Shown here: positions 18,640 through 25,676 of the stretch, one piece after another | Position numbering within the stretch: the first letter of the stretch is position 1 | How the letters are laid out: each line of letters starts with the position of its first letter | Assembly: GCA_965234725.1 (NCBI GenBank) | Contig: CBDDUX010000020.1 | Location: 1-26,691 of the forward strand | DNA: 26,691 nt | Direction of reading: 5' to 3' | Source: Thermoplasmatota archaeon | Lineage (GTDB): Archaea > Thermoplasmatota > Penumbrarchaeia > Penumbrarchaeales > Penumbrarchaeaceae | Notes under the pieces: generated by a model | Told to the model about the DNA's origin: nothing | Seen by the model: only the letters and a program-made list of their open reading frames with translations | The model's database searches: none | Position numbers and translations under genes: made by a program

Positions 18640-19080
18640 CTAACCTTCGTACACTTTTTTTATTATCCCTCTAAAGGACGCTTCTTCTCTTGCATCTATA
18701 CCAAGAGAGGTTAACACGGTCTCTTTAAGGTCCTTCATCGTCGAGATCGCAAGGTCCCTTTCAGGATTTCCTGATTGATCGAAGAATATCCTGACCCTGT
18801 TGTTATAATCCAGTATCATGATGGAAGGAAGATTTCCGAGCTGAGGTGTGATGCCGATCAGAACCCCTCTTGAGGCATCGAACCATTCCACAAGTGCTCC
18901 ATTTGCTTGTGCGGTTTCAAGGAGTCTATACATGACATCCCTTTCATGCAATTTGATGGATTTGTTAACGGCCTGACGACTGATGTCATACTTCCTCGCT
19001 ATCTCGGATTGGATCATACCCCTTCTTTTCAGATCCCAGTATTTGAACTGCATCTCGGCCTTGGGTCCGCTTGCTACCAT
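18640..19080 (-). CDS. HTH DNA-binding protein, putative regulator
   Basis: N-terminal HTH GMIQSEIARKYDISRQAVNKSI. Confidence 0.75.
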   Translation of the reverse strand: MVASGPKAEMQFKYWDLKRRGMIQSEIARKYDISRQAVNKSIKLHERDVMYRLLETAQANGALVEWFDASRGVLIGITPQLGNLPSIMILDYNNRVRIFFDQSGNPERDLAISTMKDLKETVLTSLGIDAREEASFRGIIKKVYEG

Positions 19081-19231
19081 ATTGTCAACCTGTTAGTTCT
19101 TACAAAAGGACTATTGCCAATATAAACTTTCCTATTATTCGGGCATTTTCAAGGAATAACTCCAGCTGGATATAAAAATACTTAAATAAAAGAACCTTAA
19201 TCGGACCTCCCGCTTCAAGGAGTGTTAAGTC

Positions 19232-19690
19232 ATGGCAAGGATGCATGCGAGGAAGAGGGGTCAATCCTCTTCAAAGAAGCCGTACAGGACCGCAAGACCA
19301 GATTGGATAGAGATGGACAGGAAGTCCATTGAGAAGCACATTATCGATCTCTACAATAAAGGTTATTCCACATCCAGGATAGGCATCGTTCTCCGTGATA
19401 TCCACGGGGTCCCTGATGTGAAGACAGCCATTGGAGTATCCATGTATGATGTCCTTAAGCAGAACAAGATCAAGATGGATTATCCTGAGGACATGATCAA
19501 CCTTATGAGAAGGGCCGTCAGAATGCACAGGCACATGGATGAGAACCATAAGGATGTTCATAACAAGAGACAACTTCAGTTGACAGAGGCAAAGATCAGG
19601 AGACTTGTCAGATATTACGTGAAGAATGGTGTCCTGCCTGAGGGATGGTCCTACAAGCTCCACAACGCGAAATTAATTGTTGGTGAGTAA
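19232..19690 (+). CDS. rps15: 30S ribosomal protein S15 (uS15, archaeal type)
   Basis: MARMHARKRGQSSS, IGIVLRD.HGVP, PEDM.NL, KDVHNKR.L.L.EAKIRRLVRYY. Confidence 0.98.
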   Translation: MARMHARKRGQSSSKKPYRTARPDWIEMDRKSIEKHIIDLYNKGYSTSRIGIVLRDIHGVPDVKTAIGVSMYDVLKQNKIKMDYPEDMINLMRRAVRMHRHMDENHKDVHNKRQLQLTEAKIRRLVRYYVKNGVLPEGWSYKLHNAKLIVGE

Positions 19691-19752
19691 AGTAAGACAT
19701 AGCCTTTTAATAGCCTCTTTCATTATTTCCTCCTGATAATGGAGTGTGAAGG

Positions 19753-21147
19753 ATGGAAGATCCCCTTAAGTGGATGAAGGTACCCGCATCGATTACCGAA
19801 AGGATCGGAGAGGCCGGAGCTCTCGTGGATTCCACCAAAGGCGAGATCAGGATAGTGTCACATTACGATGGGGATGGGATATCATCAGCAGGGATCCTTT
19901 CCCGGGCAGTCCATAGATGTGGAAAGAAGTTCCATGCCACAATGACAAATGTCCTCACCGATGAGGATGTCAAGAATTTGGACCCTGGATTCGAACTCCT
20001 CATCCTGGCGGACATGGGTTCTTCCCAGGCTGACAGGGTATCTGAAAGATTGCTTGAAACTGGTTCCAGGGGGATAATCCTGGACCACCATAATGTGATA
20101 GGCAGGGAGAGGCCTTATTCCATCACAGATGGAAGTGGCATTGTAGAGGTCAATCCCCGTTTCCATGGGATCGATGGCACTTCGGGATGTTCCGGTTCAA
20201 CCCTTTCCTTTTTGCTGGCACTTGCTTTGGATCCAGGAAATGAGGACCTGTGCATTTTCTCACTTGCCGGTTCTTTGGCTGACAGGCAGCATGTTCCCCA
20301 GTATTCAGAATTGAATCTGGGGATAAGGAACCTGGCTGTGGAGAGGGGCTACCTCCAGTCGATCAAAGGCATGCCGTTCTCGGGAAGGTCCGTATTGGAA
20401 GCCATTCTGACATCGAACGATCCTTTCATCAAGGACATATCCGGGAATGAAGGATCCACCAATGATCTACTATTGGGCCTTGGGATCGATCCGGAAAGCA
20501 GACTCGAGGATCTGAAGGTTGATGAGGTCAAGAAATTACAATCCTTTGTCTATGTCCATCTTCTCAAGGAAGGTGTTTCCAAGGAAACGATACATGAACT
20601 GTTCAGGGAGAACCTGTTCTCCAAGAAATACGGTAATATCCAGGACCTTGCATATTCCATTGACACTTGCGGTAGAAGAGGAGAGATGGGAAAAGGCTTC
20701 AGAGTGGTTTGGGGTTCAATGGAAGCTTATGAGGAGGCTTTGAAGGACAGGTTCGATCAGAAGAGGACCATACAAACGCTTCTACTCAAGACAATGGAGG
20801 ATGGACTTATCGTCATGGACCATATTCAATGGTTGATGGTAGAGGAGGATACCCTTGCAGGGACCATAGCGGGTCTTTCGCATAATTATCTATTCGACCA
20901 CAACAAACCTGTTCTTGCTTTATCAAAGGGAGAGAACGGCAAGGTCAAGGTCTCAAGCCGTGGTAACAGGTCCCTATGCAAGAAAGGATTGGACCTTGGT
21001 GCGGTCATGAGGGAAGCCGGAAAGGCCTTTGGTGGAGGAGGTGGAGGCCATGATGTTGCAGCCGGAGGTTCCTTCATGGGAGAAAACCAGACGGATTATC
21101 TCAAGATGTGCGACAAGATGGTGGGTGAACAGCTTGGGACCAAGTGA
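19753..21147 (+). CDS. DHH-family phosphoesterase (RecJ/Cdc45-like) with DHHA1 domain
   Basis: HYDGDG, ADMG, LDHH, GGGGGHDVAAG; conserved archaeal position after rps15. Confidence 0.9.
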   Translation: MEDPLKWMKVPASITERIGEAGALVDSTKGEIRIVSHYDGDGISSAGILSRAVHRCGKKFHATMTNVLTDEDVKNLDPGFELLILADMGSSQADRVSERLLETGSRGIILDHHNVIGRERPYSITDGSGIVEVNPRFHGIDGTSGCSGSTLSFLLALALDPGNEDLCIFSLAGSLADRQHVPQYSELNLGIRNLAVERGYLQSIKGMPFSGRSVLEAILTSNDPFIKDISGNEGSTNDLLLGLGIDPESRLEDLKVDEVKKLQSFVYVHLLKEGVSKETIHELFRENLFSKKYGNIQDLAYSIDTCGRRGEMGKGFRVVWGSMEAYEEALKDRFDQKRTIQTLLLKTMEDGLIVMDHIQWLMVEEDTLAGTIAGLSHNYLFDHNKPVLALSKGENGKVKVSSRGNRSLCKKGLDLGAVMREAGKAFGGGGGGHDVAAGGSFMGENQTDYLKMCDKMVGEQLGTK

Positions 21148-21175
21148 TATTTCAGAGGAAAAGCTCTGTAATGAA

Positions 21176-21415
21176 GTGCCGATCAGGCTCAAGATAAGCG
21201 TCACCTTTGATTCCGAGTCAGATGCCAGGGCCGCAGGAGAAGCCCTGATGGTGGATGATGACGAATTTATCAAGACCACCATAGATGGAATATTTGTAAT
21301 AGCCGAGGTTTCATCTGAAAGCATTGGATCTGCCAGAAGGGCAGCAGATGATTGGATGGCCTGTCTTATTGCAACAAGGAAGGACCTCGAAAGGGATCGT
21401 ATTGGATCGAATTGA
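21176..21415 (+). CDS. pcc1: KEOPS complex subunit Pcc1
   Basis: 3' part of ORF 21029-21415 read from GTG 21176: short beta-alpha-beta-beta-alpha pattern (ALMVDD...SARRAADDW). rps15-DHH-pcc1 synteny is common in archaea. Confidence 0.75.
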   Translation: MPIRLKISVTFDSESDARAAGEALMVDDDEFIKTTIDGIFVIAEVSSESIGSARRAADDWMACLIATRKDLERDRIGSN

Positions 21416-21502
21416 TGGATCCCCTTTATTGGTGTTGGTTCTTTATACATTACCTGTATTGTCAATTTGGTAAGGTCCATATAGTTGAGGGAGGGAGAAG
21501 GG

Positions 21503-22105
21503 ATGATGGAAAATGACCCTGAAGAGGCCCGTATAAAGAAAAGGAAGACCTTCGGTCTCATCTCAATGATAGTTGGAATTCCAAATCTTATACTAGCATT
21601 GATCACAGCATTCGGTGGTCTGGGTCTGACCATCCTCATGGGTTTCTTGGCCTATGCCGCTATTACTGAAGATGGTGGTGAGGATACCATTAAAGCATTA
21701 TGCCTTGTTTTTTTGGTCATATTGTTTATTGCCCTATTGATATTGGCTTTGATCACGACTTTGGTATCCATCCTTTTTGCACTGGCAATTGGCGGGCAGA
21801 CAATAGGGGGTTACTATGCGATCAAAGGCATCAACTACGGAAGGTCCGTGGTCCTCATCTTTCTCGGATCCATCGCTGCCTTTCTTGCAGGGATCGGATT
21901 CTTTCTTGTAGGGGTCCTTTCCGATCCGAATACGGTAGGTATTGTCCTGATCTTTGGTATGGGTATTTTCGAAATATTGTCATTTTCCATTTCTATCCTC
22001 TGTGGGATCATGATACTGTCTACCAGGACCACTTTCATCAGAAAGGAGGACCGGTTGGACAGGATCAAGAAAAGGGTAAAAACTAGTAGAAAGAAAAGGA
22101 TCTAA
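21503..22105 (+). CDS. Hypothetical integral membrane protein
   Basis: Several long hydrophobic segments and a basic C-terminal tail; ATG 21503 preferred over TTG 21485. Confidence 0.7.
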   Translation: MMENDPEEARIKKRKTFGLISMIVGIPNLILALITAFGGLGLTILMGFLAYAAITEDGGEDTIKALCLVFLVILFIALLILALITTLVSILFALAIGGQTIGGYYAIKGINYGRSVVLIFLGSIAAFLAGIGFFLVGVLSDPNTVGIVLIFGMGIFEILSFSISILCGIMILSTRTTFIRKEDRLDRIKKRVKTSRKKRI

Positions 22106-22515
22106 GGTCTTGCTACGAGTTCGTTATCATAGAAAAGTGAATTGCTCACAGTTATCTTGACCTTGTAATAGGAACCGACCTGGAGGTCCATCCCCGAATC
22201 AACCTCCACATCTGTCCCCGCACCGATCTTCATTATAGGTATCGGAATTGTCGTACCATCGATCCTAAGGACCATTTTGGTCGTATTGAGAAATTCTCCT
22301 GAGATGATAGTAAATGTGATCTTGTCGCTCGATCCGTCCAATTTCACATTGAAAACATAAATATCGGCTCCATCAGAGCCATCATCTCTGTTGGAAGCAA
22401 ATCCTAAAAACCAAACTGCGGCCACACCTGCGACAACAAGTGTGATCCCAATGAGAATAATTATAGCCAGTATGGGGGAGACACCCTTGTTACCATCTAT
22501 AATCTTTCTCATCAA
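22102..22515 (-). CDS. Archaeal type IV pilin-like protein
   Basis: Class III signal peptide KG|VSPILAIIILIGITLVVAG. Confidence 0.88.
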   Translation of the reverse strand: MMRKIIDGNKGVSPILAIIILIGITLVVAGVAAVWFLGFASNRDDGSDGADIYVFNVKLDGSSDKITFTIISGEFLNTTKMVLRIDGTTIPIPIMKIGAGTDVEVDSGMDLQVGSYYKVKITVSNSLFYDNELVARP

Positions 22516-22560
22516 AAGTACCTATCAAGTATTACAATAAAAGAATTATGATGTAAAAAT

Positions 22561-22595
22561 AAATAAAAAAAAATAAGGGACCGTTAAGGTCCCTT
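22561..22595 (-). terminator. Hairpin plus poly-T terminator after the middle pilin
   Basis: 8-bp inverted repeat AAGGGACC (22575-22582) / GGTCCCTT (22588-22595), followed on the minus strand by a long T tract. Confidence 0.7.
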
Positions 22596-22608
22596 GATGG
22601 TTCATCGC

Positions 22609-23019
22609 TTAAGCCTTTGCGATGATATCGTTTTCCCAGACAACCTTGTTATCTGCGATGTTGATTATTTTTATATTGTATGAGTTTCCCACATCGAAAG
22701 TTACACTTCCGGTAAAAAGAGCTGTTTCACCAGCAGAGGATGAGGAATCTACAGTTGTTGTAAGCGGGTCCGTTCCATTCACAAGAACCTTATAGTCATC
22801 CCAGGAATATGTTCCTGAAATAACTTCAAGACTCAGTTCTTCTTCTGAATCATCAATAGTTCCCTTCAGATTCATTGTCTCTACAGTTCCACCGGAATCA
22901 TCGGTGAAGCTCTGTGCCCAAAGGAATACCACACCTGCAAGCACCACGGTGATCGCAACCATAAGGATCACAGCGATGACGGGTGATACGCCCATATCGT
23001 TTTTCTTCATTGCCTTCAT
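22609..23019 (-). CDS. Archaeal type IV pilin (probable major pilin)
   Basis: MG|VSPVIAVILMVAITVVLAGV; has its own TATA (TTTAAATA, 23074-23081), RBS GGAGGA and terminator. Confidence 0.9.
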   Translation of the reverse strand: MKAMKKNDMGVSPVIAVILMVAITVVLAGVVFLWAQSFTDDSGGTVETMNLKGTIDDSEEELSLEVISGTYSWDDYKVLVNGTDPLTTTVDSSSSAGETALFTGSVTFDVGNSYNIKIINIADNKVVWENDIIAKA

Positions 23020-23164
23020 GTTTAGTCCTCCGTGTCAGTCGAGCCGACACAAATGAACCATTTCGGTAATTGATATTTAAAGGTTAACGCATTATTTCCA
23101 ATCAAATGGGATGTTGATGGGATATCCCAAAACATAAATGGGACATCAAAAAGGGAATAATTCA

Positions 23165-23629
23165 TCATGGATATTTACAGATCAAAATGTCGTTGAAAAC
23201 GATCTTGTTCTGATCCAATGAGATGATCTTCAAAGTATAATGGGTCCCGACCTCTAAGAGCAATCCACCGGAAGGGTAATCGAAATGAGGGACATCGAAT
23301 ATCTCCATATCTCCGGCATTATCGATATTGGCAGTAACATTGAGCTCGATATCATCTATTTTGACACTGAACTGATCCCATTCGATCTTTCCATTCAATA
23401 ACTCAACAGTAAGTCTCTGGTCTGGATTGGTTCCACCGGTTGTAGTAAGGGAAGGTCTCACATGGAAGTATGAAGGTTCCCCCTGGGCCTGATTGGCAAA
23501 AGAAGAGGCCCATATGAAAACCACTCCGGCAAGGACCACTGTGATCGCAACCATCAATATGACCGCTATCACTGGTGAAACACCGATCAGGTCCTTTTTA
23601 TCTGTGGAGTGGTGCTGTAAGACCTTCAT
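23165..23629 (-). CDS. Archaeal type IV pilin-like protein
   Basis: IG|VSPVIAVILMVAITVVLAGV; C-terminal YxxKII...K(I/V)V..ND pattern shared with the neighbouring pilin. Confidence 0.88.
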   Translation of the reverse strand: MKVLQHHSTDKKDLIGVSPVIAVILMVAITVVLAGVVFIWASSFANQAQGEPSYFHVRPSLTTTGGTNPDQRLTVELLNGKIEWDQFSVKIDDIELNVTANIDNAGDMEIFDVPHFDYPSGGLLLEVGTHYTLKIISLDQNKIVFNDILICKYP

Positions 23630-23777
23630 ATTGATAATTTACTTGTTCGAGACTATTTAATCCTTATTGGATTATTATAGCTTCTTGATATCAAAGCCCG
23701 TGGACCTGCTTATTATAGCTTACGAAATTGAACAAATGGACAAGGGTATTATATATCAATAAGAAAATCAAGTCCCA

Positions 23778-24569
23778 ATGGTTGAGAAGGGGACCTTTTC
23801 ATGGAAAGGGTTCTATAATAATGAGAGGAAATTGAAGGCTGAAGAAATTAGCCGAAGGATAGAGGAACTTAAAGACATCAAGGACCAAGAAGTCCTGAAT
23901 GTCATTGAGAAAGGAGGGGTCCTCTCATTTCCTCATACAGTTCTAGAAGGGTCCCTCGACCCGGTTATCAGGACCGTAAAGGCCCTGATCGATTCGAAGA
24001 AGGACAAGGTTATCGCCCTTGCAGTAGTCCATTACGGGAACCACGGACCTTCTGATGAGTTCTCATTGGATACATTCCTCCATGTAATGGATAAGATGAA
24101 GAAGAGGTTTGATTTGGATCTCCCGGAAGTGGAAGCTCTCTATCCTCCCGACGACAAGTCTCCGTACAAGGACCTTGATGATAGAATGAACCGATCCATT
24201 GGAGATGCTGAAAAGATAATGGACAGGATCGATGGGTCCACGGCAATAGTAATGACAGGGGATATCTGCCATTACGGCAATTTCTACAAGAGGACCTCTG
24301 AAATGGAAGATTATCGGAAGCAGATCGATATTTGGGTTGAAGAATCCATGGACCTTCTCTATCACAAAGGGGACTATTTGAAATATCTTGGAGAAGTAAG
24401 GAAATCCGGAAATGATCAATTCAATCTTGCCATAATGGTAAAGCATCTTCTTGGTAAGGACCTTGATTATGAATTCTTCCAGAAGAAGATAACTGATTAT
24501 TCGAAGATACTGGATGAACCGCCTCCGGTCCTTGTGGCTTCTTACTTCTACGGTGTCTGGAAAAGATGA
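23778..24569 (+). CDS. Hypothetical protein, possibly MEMO1/LigB-like fold
   Basis: FPHT, VVH, EFS and TGDICHYG resemble MEMO1-family PH, H, EHS and SDxxHYG motifs. Confidence 0.55.
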   Translation: MVEKGTFSWKGFYNNERKLKAEEISRRIEELKDIKDQEVLNVIEKGGVLSFPHTVLEGSLDPVIRTVKALIDSKKDKVIALAVVHYGNHGPSDEFSLDTFLHVMDKMKKRFDLDLPEVEALYPPDDKSPYKDLDDRMNRSIGDAEKIMDRIDGSTAIVMTGDICHYGNFYKRTSEMEDYRKQIDIWVEESMDLLYHKGDYLKYLGEVRKSGNDQFNLAIMVKHLLGKDLDYEFFQKKITDYSKILDEPPPVLVASYFYGVWKR

Positions 24570-24590
24570 ACACCAATTGGTGAATCACGA

Positions 24591-24657
24591 TTCTAATCCC
24601 AAGACACACCTATGGGACCTACCGCTACACGATAGGTCATTGGCGCCCCGGATGGGA
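24591..24657 (-). repeat. Partial distal copy of the 143-bp unit, including 17 nt of the tRNA-Arg 3' end with CCA
   Basis: TTCTAATCCCAAGACACACC...TGGCGCCCCGGATGGGA matches the array unit with one mismatch. Confidence 0.9.
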
Positions 24658-24844
24658 GGGGTGGGATCGTAAAATAATTTACGATAAGCAAGATCCAACC
24701 CCTGAGATGAAAAACGATTTCAATTACCTATCATTATTTTTCATCGTGTATGATCATCTTTAGCTGATAATTCCATAACTTTGTGGATCGACGAACGGAA
24801 TTATCAGCGGGAAAGGGGCGCGCTTAAAATCAAAATGAAATCAA

Positions 24845-25436
24845 GCGCCCCGGATGGGATTCGACGCAGCTAACCCGCTTTGCGGCTCAGCGCGCCTGGA
24901 ACCGCAGAATAGGTGTGGCGGTTCCAGGACCAAGGTTCGAATCCCAAGACACACCTATGGGACCTACCGCTACACGATAGGTCATTGGCGCCCCGGATGG
25001 GATTCGACGCAGCTAACCCGCTTTGCGGCTCAGCGCGCCTGGAACCGCAGAATAGGTGTGGCGGTTCCAGGACCAAGGTTCGAATCCCAAGACACACCTA
25101 TGGGACCTACCGCTACACGATAGGTCATTGGCGCCCCGGATGGGATTCGACGCAGCTAACCCGCTTTGCGGCTCAGCGCGCCTGGAACCGCAGAATAGGT
25201 GTGGCGGTTCCAGGACCAAGGTTCGAATCCCAAGACACACCTATGGGACCTACCGCTATGCGATAGGTCATTGGCGCCCCGGATGGGATTCGACGCAGCT
25301 AACCCGCTTTGCGGCTCAGCGCGCCTGGAACCGCAGAATAGGTGTGGCGGTTCCAGGACCAAGGTTCGAATCCCAAGACACACCTATGGGACCTACCGCT
25401 ATGCGATAGGTCATTGGCGCCCCGGATGGGATTCGA
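24845..25436 (-). repeat. Tandem array of 4 x 143-bp tRNA-linked structured repeats
   Basis: Units start at 24845, 24988, 25131 and 25274; a fifth start at 25417 is the tRNA itself. Units are identical except for a CA/TG dinucleotide. Each carries 20-22 nt of the tRNA-Arg 3' end. Confidence 0.97.
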
Positions 25437-25491
25437 ACCCATGTCAAAAGCTCCGCAAGCTCTCAGGATATCCAGGCTACCCTACCGGGGC
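25415..25491 (-). tRNA. tRNA-Arg(GCG), CCA encoded
   Basis: Reverse complement GCCCCGGTAGGGTAGCCTGGATATCCTGAGAGCTTGCGGAGCTTTTGACATGGGTTCGAATCCCATCCGGGGCGCCA: acceptor GCCCCGG/CCGGGGC, anticodon loop TTGCGGA, T arm ATGGG-TTCGAAT-CCCAT. Confidence 0.95.
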
Positions 25492-25529
25492 ACTCATTGA
25501 AAAGCGGGAGTTGCCCTAAAGTAGAGGAT

Positions 25530-25545
25530 TATTAAAATCATTTGG
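25530..25545 (-). promoter_or_regulatory. Putative BRE/TATA promoter of tRNA-Arg
   Basis: Minus strand CCAAATGATTTTAATA about 39-54 nt upstream of the tRNA. Confidence 0.55.
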
Positions 25546-25676
25546 CCCATGATTATATATTGGACGTCCAGACAAGTGGAAAATTAGACCATTTATTTGG
25601 ATATAATGCACGAGTCCGAGAAATGGCTTCAAAGGTCTTGTTGAACCAGGATTGATACCTTTGAGGGGTGTTATCC

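Noticed and set aside
21029-21175. 5' part of the 128-aa ORF
   Set aside because: It overlaps the DHH gene out of frame; only the part from 21176 resembles Pcc1.
781-24609. Numerous other 60-220 aa ORFs overlapping annotated genes
   Set aside because: Antisense or out-of-frame shadows of well-supported CDSs, with no independent motifs.
24845-25416. Repeat units as additional tRNA genes
   Set aside because: They contain only the last 20-22 nt of the tRNA and lack the 5' acceptor strand, D arm and anticodon arm.
24845-25436. CRISPR array interpretation
   Set aside because: The intervening sequences are near-identical rather than unique spacers, the short repeat is a tRNA 3' end, and no cas genes are present in the window.
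24854-25519. Seven overlapping 75-117 aa ORFs on both strands within the repeat array
   Set aside because: They arise from a GC-rich 143-bp unit (not a multiple of 3), one overlaps the tRNA, and none shows a recognisable protein motif.
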